Of a stretch of 64,000 bases of DNA, positions 20,246-31,500 are shown in pieces. Source of the DNA: an uncultured Hormoscilla sp. (GTDB taxonomy: Bacteria > Cyanobacteriota > Cyanobacteriia > Cyanobacteriales > Desertifilaceae); the NCBI GenBank assembly GCA_963921275.4, contig OZ001293.3, positions 6,048,001 through 6,112,000 on the forward strand, in the 5' to 3' direction. The stretch's first letter is position 1. Each line of letters opens with the position of its first letter. The position numbers were made by a program, and so were the translations under genes. The notes beneath the pieces were generated by a model. That model was not told the DNA's origin. It worked only from the letters and a program-made list of their open reading frames with translations, and made no database searches.

Positions 20246-23200
20246 ATGAATGAATTTGTCACACACTTTGATTTGCGAAATTACTTGTTCGCTGGTGCGC
20301 TGCAGAACCCTGCAGTCGAATACGGCAATGACGCGATCGCATACAATAATATTATAGAGCGCATCGAGCAACGTACTAAGGCATTTCTTCCTTTTCTTAA
20401 GACTGGAGACATAGTCGCCATAAATCGGCCGAAATCTCCTGAATATGTCGTTGATTTTCTTTCGGTTCTATTTTGCGGCGGCATTGTAATGCCCATCGAC
20501 GGTGCTCTGCCAGCATATCGGCGCTCTCAAATGGTAAATATTGTCCGGCCGCGTGTCCTAATTGCTGCTGATGGGAATATTACGCAAGACAGAAGCGTTC
20601 AACCATCGGCTGTTTCAATGAACGGGCCGTGTCCGGACAAGGGTACGGCGAATAGCGCGCCCTCCGGACACGGTAGACGAGCAGCTTACGTTTTTTTTAC
20701 TTCTGGAAGCACCGGTCGGCCCAAGGCAATTTTAGGATCTTTGGATGGGCTAGTCGAGTTTATCCGCTGGCAAGGAAAAGAGTTCAAGATTGGTCCAGCC
20801 GATCGCGTGTCATTTCTAACTGGGCTTGGGTTCGACGTGTCTCTACGCGATATCTTACTCCCCCTTATGCATGGTGCAACGCTTGTTATTCCAAGTGAGA
20901 ATGATTTAGCGAGTCCTCAAAGCACTGTTGCCTGGCTTGTGGAACGCGGGATCACAAGGACTCATGCCGTTCCATCCGTCGCTCGAATATGGGCACGCGC
21001 TCAGCAAGATGATAGACTTGCTCTAAAAACGCTGTTTTTAGCTGGGGAAAAGCTCTTAGCTGTCGCTGTCGATGAGCTTCGCCAGGCTTTTCCTAACATC
21101 ACAGAGTTCGTGAATCTGTATGGGCCGACCGAAACTACCCTAGCCAAGTTCTTTTTTCGTGTGAAACCCGAGATCAATTACCCTAACGGAGAAATTCCAG
21201 TAGGTTTACCTATACCTGGAGCTGATTTCAGACTTTCTGGGAATGGTGAGGTAGGAGAAATCGTCATCTCCACGCCACATGCAAGTTTCGGGTATATAAA
21301 TGCTTCTGAAGAGGAGAATAGTCGGTTCACTGTCGCCGATGGACTGACAACATATTACACTGGTGACTTGGGACGCATCACTAATCAGGGTGAGTTGGTC
21401 GTCGTCGGACGGATTGACGATGAATTGAAGGTTAACGGAGTTCGCGTGCATCCAAATGAGGTGGAGTATGCACTCAGTCGTCTTGACATGATCGATGATG
21501 TTGCAGTAGTTGGTGTCAAGCTAACTGAAGACAGCGAGTCTCGACTCGCTGCATTTTGGACCGCGAAAGCAGAAGTTGACACCTGTGCAGCAGATGCACC
21601 ACGCTCAGACGCTCTGACATATCTGCCGCAAGCTATCGTGCCGACTATCTGGCGGCTGTTAGACTTGTTGCCGCAAAACGCGAACGGCAAAATCGACCGC
21701 GCCTCTCTTCGAAAACATCTTTACCAGAGCACTACAACTACTCAAGCGCCAGTCACCGATACTGAGAAATGGGTGCTGGACGCTGTTGCGAACATTTTGT
21801 CAATCCCGACGCCAGGGATCGAAGACAACGTTTTTGCATTGGGTTGCACATCCCTGCATATCGCCTTTCTGATTGGTAGAATCGAAGATGACCTGAAAAA
21901 ATCGCTCGAATTCTCTGATTTGTTCAGAACCTCCGTCCTGAAAGATATCGCTGCGACGATCGACGCTGCGCCTGCAAAAGAAGCTTTCCACATCCCTCCC
22001 ATCGGGGAGAAAAATCGGTATCATATGTCGCCACAGCAGCGCCGCTGGTGGAACATATACATGCCTAAAGGAAACCGCTCTTGGGCAACAATGGTACGAG
22101 TTGTTCGATTTGATAAGCTAGTTGAAGCGAACACAGTGCGTGAGGCACTCTTCAAACTTGTCGTTCAGCAGGACTCGATGGGCCTTTGGTTTGATGAAAG
22201 CGGCCCTGACATAATGCTCGCGAAAGTGGTTTGTCCCTCACTAGCAGATATCGACGTCGCACAACACGATCTTTCATCCCTGTCGCAGCAAGACGCCGAC
22301 AGCGCACTGAATGACATTCGGCTCCGTGTTGCTAATAGTGAGATTGATACTGGCAAGTGGCCACTGTTTCGCGTGCATCTCGTTGCCCTTCCTGACCAAA
22401 AATCCACTGTAATTTTCGCGATTCACCACATGGTCAGCGATGGCTTCTCAATGGGGTTGATTGAAAACGCTCTTCACTGCGCAGTGGCCGGCAACGATCC
22501 GAAAAGGCCACTGCTGGCGTTCAACTACTTGGATTATGCAGCCTGGGCTACCGATCGCGAACTTCATACCTTCGGTGATAGATCGCCAGCAAAAGACTAT
22601 TGGCAGGATGTGTTTAGAGCGCCCTATAAAAAACACATCTTCCCAGAGCTTTGGCAGGGGCCCGATCGCGATCGAGGGCAGGGATACTGCCGTGAAGTTC
22701 CACAAACGTTACGCGCGGCTATTACGAAGCTTTCCCAGCAAGAGCATGTGACGGAATTCAGCATTTATTTGGCCGCTAAGATGCTTGCCTGGCATCATCT
22801 TTTGAAGCAGGACGATCTGGTGATTGGTACCCCAGCTGCCGGACGCGATATTCCAGGCACACAGGAGCTGATCGGGAATTTTATTTCACTGGTATGTATT
22901 CGCAGCCGATTACAAAAAGGTTTGTCTCACATCGAATATGTAAGACAAATTATGCAATCGGTGGCGCTGGGTATGACTCACCAAAATTATCAGTACGACC
23001 GTCTAGTAAAAGATCTCGGCATGGAATTTGAGCAAGCACGGTTTCCACTCACGACGATCTTTATCAGTTATTTGAATTTTGAAGCCATGCGGTCCACCCC
23101 CTTGTCTCACAGGGAACTTGGCTTCTCAGACCTGGGTTTCGCCGTGAAATTTGACTTGATGTCATATGTGCGGGAACACAAGGATGCGACCAGTCTCCAA

Positions 23201-23299
23201 GTTCAGTATCGCAATAATCTCTTTGAAAAGCCCAAGGTTGAAGAATTTGTTGATACCTGGCTGTCTGAATTGGCTCGAGTCACAGCTTCAGAGAGATGA
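20246..23299 (+). CDS. Single-module NRPS with A-T-C architecture
   Basis: FTSGSTGRPK, YGPTETT, YTGDLG, NGKIDR; T domain FALGCTSL; terminal C domain HHMVSDG; no TE. Confidence 0.92.
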   Translation: MNEFVTHFDLRNYLFAGALQNPAVEYGNDAIAYNNIIERIEQRTKAFLPFLKTGDIVAINRPKSPEYVVDFLSVLFCGGIVMPIDGALPAYRRSQMVNIVRPRVLIAADGNITQDRSVQPSAVSMNGPCPDKGTANSAPSGHGRRAAYVFFTSGSTGRPKAILGSLDGLVEFIRWQGKEFKIGPADRVSFLTGLGFDVSLRDILLPLMHGATLVIPSENDLASPQSTVAWLVERGITRTHAVPSVARIWARAQQDDRLALKTLFLAGEKLLAVAVDELRQAFPNITEFVNLYGPTETTLAKFFFRVKPEINYPNGEIPVGLPIPGADFRLSGNGEVGEIVISTPHASFGYINASEEENSRFTVADGLTTYYTGDLGRITNQGELVVVGRIDDELKVNGVRVHPNEVEYALSRLDMIDDVAVVGVKLTEDSESRLAAFWTAKAEVDTCAADAPRSDALTYLPQAIVPTIWRLLDLLPQNANGKIDRASLRKHLYQSTTTTQAPVTDTEKWVLDAVANILSIPTPGIEDNVFALGCTSLHIAFLIGRIEDDLKKSLEFSDLFRTSVLKDIAATIDAAPAKEAFHIPPIGEKNRYHMSPQQRRWWNIYMPKGNRSWATMVRVVRFDKLVEANTVREALFKLVVQQDSMGLWFDESGPDIMLAKVVCPSLADIDVAQHDLSSLSQQDADSALNDIRLRVANSEIDTGKWPLFRVHLVALPDQKSTVIFAIHHMVSDGFSMGLIENALHCAVAGNDPKRPLLAFNYLDYAAWATDRELHTFGDRSPAKDYWQDVFRAPYKKHIFPELWQGPDRDRGQGYCREVPQTLRAAITKLSQQEHVTEFSIYLAAKMLAWHHLLKQDDLVIGTPAAGRDIPGTQELIGNFISLVCIRSRLQKGLSHIEYVRQIMQSVALGMTHQNYQYDRLVKDLGMEFEQARFPLTTIFISYLNFEAMRSTPLSHRELGFSDLGFAVKFDLMSYVREHKDATSLQVQYRNNLFEKPKVEEFVDTWLSELARVTASER

Positions 23300-23434
23300 G
23301 GGGATACGAGCAAGATACGTGTAAAATAGTGCCACCTCTCCTGAAAGCCTTTCCCAGACTGACTTTCAGATTACTCAATAACTGATGACACGTCCCCCCT
23401 TTTTCTCCAGAAAACTCGATCTACTAAATCTTTT

Positions 23435-24343
23435 GTGCAACAGGTACAGATTATGTTTCCATATGCTGGCGAAGGCTTTGCGCTTGCGGCAGCCCTTTGT
23501 TGGGCAATTGGCCCCCTTATCGCCTATCGTGGCGTCGAAGCGCTGGGAACTTTTCGTTTCTCGATGTTTCGCTTCGCTCTGTCTGCCACTTCACTCTTTA
23601 TCTTAGCAGCAACTTTAGAGTCGCTTGACTTTTCTAACACGCGTACGGTCCTACTCTTAACTATTTCGGGTATTGTAGGCATCGCATTTGGTGAAGCATG
23701 TCTCTTTCAGGCAGTTTATTTTCTCGGGCCTCGCATCGCCTCTATCATCTTTTCTTTGCACGCACCACTGACTGCGTTCGTCGGCGCGGCAATTTTTAGT
23801 GAAACAATCTCAGCCGTTGCGCTCAGCGGCATATTACTCTCGCTCGGCGGTGTTTACATGGCAATTTTCTTTCGCTCTCAGTCAGAGGTGTCCGGCGGCG
23901 AGTGGTATAAACCTAGTAAGAATACGGGCGGACTTCTACTCGTTGGACTAGCTGTTATCTTTCAGATAATAGGAGCGCTTCTGTCAAAAGAAGTAATGTC
24001 TAATACTTCGCCTTTTTTTGCATCATTTCTTCGTACAGCTAGTGTGACCGTTGCTTTTGCGCCAATCTTCATCACTTTGCGTGAGCGGAAGCGAATAGTG
24101 CAATTCAGTGACTTCAAGTTTGTGGCATTGAGTGCGTTTGTCAGCACTATTGGCGGTATGACGTTTTTATTAGCAGCATTTGCCAATACCGAGATTTTCC
24201 GTGCAGTTATACTTGCCTCTTTATCACCAGTCCAATACATTATAATTATGTCGATATGGCGTAGAGAAAACTTCCCTTTAGGTGCATGGATTGGCACCTT
24301 TGTAACCCTAGTTGGCGTCGTAATGACCATAGGAAGTGCATGA
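23435..24343 (+). CDS. DMT/EamA family transporter (likely start ATG 23453)
   Basis: About 10 TM helices in two repeats; ALAAALCWA. Confidence 0.85.
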   Translation: MQQVQIMFPYAGEGFALAAALCWAIGPLIAYRGVEALGTFRFSMFRFALSATSLFILAATLESLDFSNTRTVLLLTISGIVGIAFGEACLFQAVYFLGPRIASIIFSLHAPLTAFVGAAIFSETISAVALSGILLSLGGVYMAIFFRSQSEVSGGEWYKPSKNTGGLLLVGLAVIFQIIGALLSKEVMSNTSPFFASFLRTASVTVAFAPIFITLRERKRIVQFSDFKFVALSAFVSTIGGMTFLLAAFANTEIFRAVILASLSPVQYIIIMSIWRRENFPLGAWIGTFVTLVGVVMTIGSA

Positions 24344-24415
24344 GTGACACCTAACATAATCTCTCACCACATCAAATTCATAGAAATTACGATGAAATGC
24401 ATCCCCAAACCCAAA

Positions 24416-25051
24416 CTAGCCGCTCATGAATTCATGGAAAAAGTGCTGCTCATTCTGATGCTGGCATGGACTTATTCTTGGTAAGAATGGACTTATTCTT
24501 GGCGGATCGGCATCGCCGCCATTTAAGACCACATCTAGCACTAAGACAGCCAGAATAGCTCCCACTGGGTCGATCAGCACCCCTTCACTTTCCAGTAAAG
24601 TGGCTACTTGCCGATCGACCTGTACCTGCTTGAGCAGCGGACCAATCACCGTCGGTCCGGTGACCACCACCAAAGAGGCGTAGAGAAAGGCCAGCGGCCA
24701 GGGGAATTCGGCTAAGAAATGAGCAGCAACTCCACCTCCAATGAGAGTGATTATAGGCCCGATCGTGACTAAATTCCGGAGACTGCTAGAAATTTTACTC
24801 AAGTCTCGCACTTTCAGATTTAGTCCCCCTTCAAACAGAATTAAAGCAACTGACAGAGAGACAATCACTTCTAGACCATCTCCCAGCAACTGGGGATGAA
24901 CCAAACTCAAGCCATCTGGTCCCAAGAGGACGCCGAACAATAGTAAGAATACGATGCCGGGGACTTTCAGATATTTACCCAGCACTTGAGCGGCGATGCC
25001 TGCCATGACCGTAATCACCATCAGCACAGTAATATCAAAAGGTGCTTCCAT
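24416..25051 (-). pseudogene. N-terminal fragment of an NhaP/CPA1 cation-proton antiporter, broken near 24503
   Basis: ILFEGGLNL, VVTGPTVIGPLL, EGVLIDPVGAIL, then a foreign tail PRISPFLPRISP. Confidence 0.85.
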
Positions 25052-25131
25052 AATGCAATGTTTTGTTTGTTGTCGCCCAGTTTGTTGTGGCGCTAAAGCG
25101 CCAGAGATGGGCATTGCCCACCCTACGCTAC

Positions 25132-26373
25132 CTATTCTGGCAACTGATACTGGGATACAATCCGCTGGGCATATTCTGGCACATGTGCTGCTAATTTCTC
25201 TGGGTGATGGCGCTTCACGTACAGATAATTGCGAGTGAAGTGGGAATCTATGGAGAAACGAGCATATTCTAAACCTTTTGGTCCAATTTTTTCAATTACC
25301 ACACCCATGAGTTTGGCGGCCCACATGGGGAGAGTAACGCCTTTGTCATAGGCGGGAATGCTTTGTTGCACTGCTTGATGCCTGTCTCCTTTGGACATCA
25401 CGGGCATAGTTTCCACTAGCTGATCTACTAAGTCTAGCATTTCTTGTCCCCGATCGTTCCGAACTAGAATCCACTGCCAACCAAAGGGTGCGCCCATGTA
25501 GCCTACGACTAAGTCTGCCAGAGAATTGACATAATCAAAGCAACTCATGCAGGAGGGGGCAAAGACATCTTTGAGTTCTTTGGTATTCAGTCCGAAAAAG
25601 GGTACTTTTTCTATGGAACCATCTGCATGTTTGAAATAAACTTGGAAATCCTGCATGAATTCATAATGTACTACGGTATCGGGCGATCGGCTGGTGGTGT
25701 CCAGGAATTTCTGCAACCCGGCGCGAGTAACGTTATCTACGCAGGGAGTGCCTAAAACGTAGAGTTTCTCTAATCCTAGCTGTTTCTCGACGGCCCGTAA
25801 TGCTTCGATCTGGCAACCGACGCCGATGACTAGCAGGCGCTGCATCCCGGATTTTTCCACTTCCTCTAATACGGAAAGGTTAGGAGAGAGGGTGGGTTTG
25901 TTCACCCGGGCGGCGAGAATTTCTTCAGGCGATCGGGCGATAATGGGCATGGGTTGAAAGCGGTCTTCTTTGGTGTTTTGCACGCAAACTACCCCTTCGA
26001 CTTTACCGCTAGTTAGCATTTCAATGGCAATAGCGCTGACAATACCCGTCCATTGTGCCCCTTCTATGGGTTCAGTTTTCCGCGCGGCCATCATGGTTTG
26101 ATGGACGCCGAAGTAGCAATCATCCTCGTTGTCTAGGTCGCGCGATCGCCCGTGGGTTTGGGTTTCCAGTTGGGGGATCTGCTGATTAAGAAAAGCACAG
26201 GCTTCTTTGACATAATGGATGTAGTATGTATCGCACAGCCCGCATTCGCTACAGAGTTCCTTGGCAGGGCGAGGGCTACCGGGTTTGAGGGCTTTGGCCT
26301 TTTTGTGCTTGGGGGTTTGTTGTATGGTTAAGGTCATTCTTTCTGCTATACTGATATCTGCTTTCTCAACCAT
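25132..26373 (-). CDS. bciB: F420 hydrogenase beta-family protein; ferredoxin-dependent 8-vinyl reductase
   Basis: CSECGLCD, GAQWTGIVS, CMSCFDY, typical cyanobacterial N-terminus KHKKAKAL. Confidence 0.88.
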   Translation of the reverse strand: MVEKADISIAERMTLTIQQTPKHKKAKALKPGSPRPAKELCSECGLCDTYYIHYVKEACAFLNQQIPQLETQTHGRSRDLDNEDDCYFGVHQTMMAARKTEPIEGAQWTGIVSAIAIEMLTSGKVEGVVCVQNTKEDRFQPMPIIARSPEEILAARVNKPTLSPNLSVLEEVEKSGMQRLLVIGVGCQIEALRAVEKQLGLEKLYVLGTPCVDNVTRAGLQKFLDTTSRSPDTVVHYEFMQDFQVYFKHADGSIEKVPFFGLNTKELKDVFAPSCMSCFDYVNSLADLVVGYMGAPFGWQWILVRNDRGQEMLDLVDQLVETMPVMSKGDRHQAVQQSIPAYDKGVTLPMWAAKLMGVVIEKIGPKGLEYARFSIDSHFTRNYLYVKRHHPEKLAAHVPEYAQRIVSQYQLPE

Positions 26374-26433
26374 ACCTTAGAAGCGATCGGGTGCATCTCA
26401 TATTTGCGTCGCCGCCCGAACCCTAAAGGGTCC

Positions 26434-27304
26434 GTGCGATTCGTTCTAGCCTAACGTGGTCAAACACGGAACGCTAGCCCGGTTTCATTAGCCGGGAACT
26501 CTGACCGCATGGGGGTTAAATTCCCCTCCCCCCAGGTACGGGGGTGACACCGGTCCTCGGTGCTACGAAGCGACATCATCGTGGTGCTAAGCGAGGACTC
26601 AAATGTAGGATAACTGGCAGCCTAAGCCGGTGACGCCGCTAGGAAAGATATCCAAGGTTAGAGCAGGCAAACATGTGCAAGCCTCGTTATAAGGAACCAG
26701 CGAAATAAGGCTATATGCGCTGGCCTAAAAAGGAAATGGTAGCTAGTATTAGTTTTAGACTCTGGCTAATATAGTACTCAAATAGCTCCCGGGGTATAGT
26801 GTGGACCTAAAGGTATCGCGAAATGTTGTTAGGGAACGAAGTAACCTCTCGTGTGCTGTCCATCAGGACAAGTTAGATGTTAAGCGCAAGCCACGGGGGG
26901 AGGGATGGCCCAAGAAGCGAATGCCCGGGGTAATTCCTGGGATAACATCTACAGTAATGTAGATGATGCTGGGTAGCCAGCGCTGACGTGGGTCGGTGAT
27001 ACTAGGAAGCTGCTGGAATGAGTAATCCTAAAAAGCCACGGAACTAATCCGAAACGCAAGTGGAGGATAAGGTATGGATAACTGGTAAAACTGACTTGAA
27101 AATGGTGATACTAACGGTTATCAGAACAACCACTCGCTAAACCAGGAAAGGGAAGAAAAGACAGGCGGCAAGGGCTAACGGAAGTAATTCCTATTAAGTC
27201 TACCTATGAAAAGGGCCTAGTACCCAGTAGCCGGATGCGGTGAAAATCGCAAGTCCGGTTCCTCAAGGGAGGGTCGGGAAGCGATTCCCGGCTCGACCCC
27301 ATCC
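26434..27304 (+). ncRNA. ORF-less group II intron C (~870 nt; 3' end 27302-27304) inserted in a REP element
   Basis: 5' GTGCGATTCGTTC; intact DV AGCCGGATGCGGTGAAAATCGCAAGTCCGGTT; DVI ...CTCGACCCCATCC; EBS1 GACTCT pairs with exon AGGGTC. Confidence 0.92.
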
Positions 27305-28159
27305 GGCTACAGATTTCATACCCGCCTGCGAGAGATGTCTCCAGAGAGCTTGATATCCCCCGGACGCACTTCGATGCCTACCGTTCCGGAAAAATCGGGA
27401 TGCTACGCTGCGCGATCCCAAGTATTTCTTTTTTGAAAACGATATCTATCCAGCATTTGAGTAATAAAAACTCGACTACGGCGCGATCGCATTTCTCCCA
27501 AGTCTGAATATTCTTGATTTGTTCTGGGGGGACCGCCGATGCAGTCCTCCATAGCACGACAGCGGCAACCCTATGATAATACCGATCTACCCACAATTAT
27601 CATAGAAACAGAAGAGTCGTGCTCAGGCACGGAAGGTGCGCGTCAGAATTGAGATTTGATTGATCGCGAACCCGTGCATGGTCCGGCTACACATTCCATA
27701 CCCGCCGGCGCGGGCTTGATGACGGACACCGAAAGCTCTCCGGAGACATCGAAGCTATGCTCGACGTAAAAAAAGATGACCAAAATTACTCTACTAATTC
27801 AACTACTTTTGAGCCGCACCCATCACTTGACGGGACAAAATGTCGATGTCGTAAGGGCAATACGAGTAGTGCGCCCTTTAGACATCTCAGCCGACTCTGG
27901 GCTTTCTCCCTAAATGGCGTTGGCCTCCAAGGTCGCAGCCTACGCTCACACACCTTAACAATAGAAATATTTTATCCGGGAATAACTTCGGAACTCCAAA
28001 GAGTGACTAAGTCATTCCCTGGAAAAATTATTCATTTCTAGGAGTAACTGTTCATTTCCAGGAGTAACTGAATCATTCCACCAAGTACGAGAGTCATTCC
28101 GTGGCGTCACAACTTTTTGCTTTGACGTGAGACAAGATTACCAAAGGGCAGTTGAGTAA

Positions 28160-28260
28160 CTCCAAGGCCGGAGTAAGCACCTCCAAAGCCGGAGTAAGCA
28201 CCTCCAAGGCCGGAGTAAGCACCTCCAAGGCCAGAGTAAGCACTTCCAAGGCCGGAGTAA
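28160..28260 (+). repeat. 21-bp tandem repeat CTCCAAGGCCGGAGTAAGCAC, ~5 copies
   Basis: Directly visible; degenerate ~20-21-bp periodicity also at 27990-28110. Confidence 0.9.
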
Positions 28261-28268
28261 AATCGGGG

Positions 28269-28374
28269 GGGTGTGGTCTTGCGCCCGTTGGTAAGTAGTT
28301 CGTAGTTCGACCTTGCGGGCTATATTACATGCATCATCGATGCACCCGGCTATCAACTATTTGTGACCGCACCC
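28269..28374. mobile_element. MITE-like element with GGGTGYGGTC terminal inverted repeats
   Basis: GGGTGTGGTC...GACCGCACCC; related element at 33095-33179. Confidence 0.55.
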
Positions 28375-28580
28375 TTCTGAGGGCCCAAAACGTCACCGGT
28401 TACTACTTATCACCTGTGGCGAGCTTGCTGTTCCCAATGAGGAACCAAAAAATGAAGTATAATTCCCTCCCTAACAAAGCAGGAAATGCTACTACTGTAT
28501 AGGGGAGAGCTAAAAGCTTCCCTCAAGGTCGCCAGTGACCAACCCCGAAATCCAGTTCATCCTCATCATCAGGAGATATT

Positions 28581-31500
28581 ATGGCTGAATTTAACGTCGC
28601 ACCGTCAGCAGAACTATCCCAAGCCATTATCACTTCCAGTAATAACGGTGAGGCAGATACCATTAACATCACGGGAGATATTACCCTGACGGGGTTGCTA
28701 CCCCTTATTGAAGAAGACGTCGAACTCACGATAGATGGGAACAACAACACCATTAATGGCAACAACCAACACCGGCTGTTCTTTGTCAGAAGAGGTGTGG
28801 TCAAGTTCGATGACCTGACCTTTAGCAACGGCCAGGCCCAGGGAGGCAATGGCTGCGGCGGGGCGGCAGGCATGGGCGGTGCCCTGTTTGTCTTTGAGGG
28901 GACGGTCACGGTGACCGATAGCACTTTCCAGAATAATAGCGCCATTGGTGGCAATGGCGGCACGGGAGGTGTGGGTGGTAATGCTAATTTCGTCACTCCT
29001 ATTCCTGGTAATAATGGCAGTGACGGCAGCTTCGGCAGCAACGGCCGCAACGGCGGCTTCGGCAGATTAAGCGGCGGCGGCGGCGGCCCCGGCGGCTTCG
29101 GCGGCGGCGGCAGCCCCCGTGGCTCCGGCCTCCGTGGCTCCGGCGGGTCCGGCGGTTCCGGCGGCTTCGGCGGCGGCGGCGACGGCGGCCTCAGAGGCGG
29201 CTTCGGCGGCTCACCAATAGCAACCGGAACCGCCAGGGCATGCCCAACAGCCTGCCGACCGTGACCCTCACACAGGTAACCTTCTCGGGCAATAGCGCCG
29301 CTAATGGTATGGTAACGCCCACTCCAGCGTCCATCATGTCGGGCACAGTCCTGAACAATAACGATCTGTTCGGCAACCAAATCACCCGCAACTCCCGTCC
29401 TACAAACCTCGAACTCAGCAACAGCAGCATTGATGAAAACCCCGCAGTCAATAGCCTCGTAGGGACTTTCTCCACTACCGACCCCGACGTTTCCGATACC
29501 TTTACCTACCAGTTAGTCACAGGCGACGGTGCCGATGATAACGACGCCTTCACCATAGAAGGGAACTCACTGCTAACTAACAGTTCCTTGGACTTTGAGA
29601 CAAAATCGAGTTACAGCATCCGCGTCCAGACTACCGACTCTGCTGGGGCCAGTTACTCGGAGGCCTTGGCTATTGGCATCAACAATGTTGCCGAACCTCC
29701 TACCGACATCAACCTCAGCAGCAGCAGCATCGATGAAAACTCCACATTGGGTAGCGTTGTAGGGACTTTCTCCATTACCGACGACGATAATGAAGATACC
29801 TTTACCTACCAGTTAGTCACAGGCGACAGTGGCGATGATAACGACGCCTTCACCATAACAGGGAACTCACTGCTAACTAACAGTTCCTTAGACTTTGAGA
29901 CAAAATCGAGTTACAGCATCCGCGTCCAGACTACTGACTCTGCTGGGGCCAGTTACTCGGAGGCCTTGACTATTAACGTCAACAATATTATTGACGAGTC
30001 TCCTACCGACCTAGTTCTCAGCAACCGCAACATTGATGAAAACTCCGCATCGGGTAGTGTCGTAGGGACTTTCTCTACTACCGACCTCGACGTTTCCGAT
30101 AGCTTTACCTACCAGTTAGTCACAGGCCCTGGTCCCAATGATAACGACGCCTTCACGATAACAGGGAACTCACTGCGAATTAACAGTTCCCCTGACTTTG
30201 GACTTTGAGACCCAGTCGATTTACATCATCAAAGTCCAAACTACCGACTCTGCTAATAATGCTTTGGAGGAGGTCTTGATTATTGACGTGAACGATGTTG
30301 CCTCATCTCCGACGGACATCAATCTCAGCAGCAGCAGCATCGATGAAAACTCCCCATTGGGTGCAGTTGTGGGGACTTTCTCCACTAGCGACCCCGAGGA
30401 TGAAGATAGCTTTACCTATATGCTTGTCTCAGGCGTTGGTGATGATGATAATGACGCCTTCACCATAGTAGGGGACTCACTGCGAATTAACAGTTCTTTG
30501 GACTTTGAGACTCAGTCGAGTTACAGCATCCGCGTCCAGACTACCGATGCTACTGGGGCCAGTTATGAGGAGGCCTTGACTATTAGCGTCATTGATGTTG
30601 CCGAACCTCCGACGGACATCGACCTCAACAGCAGCATTGATTCTAACTCCCCATTGGGTGCAGTTGTGGGGACTTTCTCCACTAGCGACCCCGAGGATGG
30701 AGATAGCTTTACCTACATGTTTGTCTCAGGCGTTGGTGACGATGATAATGACGCCTTCACCATAGTAGGGGACTCACTGCGAATTAACAGTTCTTTGGAC
30801 TTTGAGACTCAGTCGAGTTACAGCCTCCGCGTCCAGACTACTGACTCTGCTAATAACGCTTTGGAGGAGGTCTTGACTATTAACGTCAACTCAGTTGCCT
30901 CCTCTCCTACCGACATAGTCCTTAGCAACAGCAGCATTGATTCTAACTCTCCATTGGGTGCAGTTGTGGGGACTTTCTCTACTACCGACCCCGACGTTTC
31001 CGATAGCTTTACCTATATGCTTGTCTCAGGCGTTGGTGATGATGATAATGACGCCTTCACCATAGTAGGGGACTCACTGCGAATTAACAGTTCTTTGAAC
31101 TTTGAGACCCAGTCGAGTTACAGCCTCCGCGTCCAGACTACCGACTCTGCTAATAACACTTTCTCGGAGGTCTTGACTATTAATGTCAACTCAGTTGCAG
31201 AAAACTCCTCTCCTACCGATATAGTTCTTAGCAGCAGCAGCATTGATTCTAACTCTCCATTGGGTGCAGTCGTGGGGACTTTCTCTACTACTGACCCCGA
31301 CGTTTCCGATAGCTTTACCTACATGCTTGTCTCCGGCAACAACGCCTTCACCATAGTAGGGAACCAACTGCTAACTAACAGTTCTTTGGACTTTGAGACT
31401 CAGGAGATTTACAGGATATTCGTCCAAACTACCGACTCTGCTAATAACACTTTCTCGGAGGTCTTGACTATTAATGTCAACTCAGTTGCAGAAAACTCCT

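Noticed and set aside
27334..27750. 18-bp inverted repeats (27334-27351, 27733-27750) as an invertible segment
   Set aside because: No recombinase nearby, no recognisable cargo, and the arms resemble dispersed REP halves
28523..29380. 285-aa Pro-rich ORF on the minus strand
   Set aside because: Antisense shadow of the Gly-rich adhesin region
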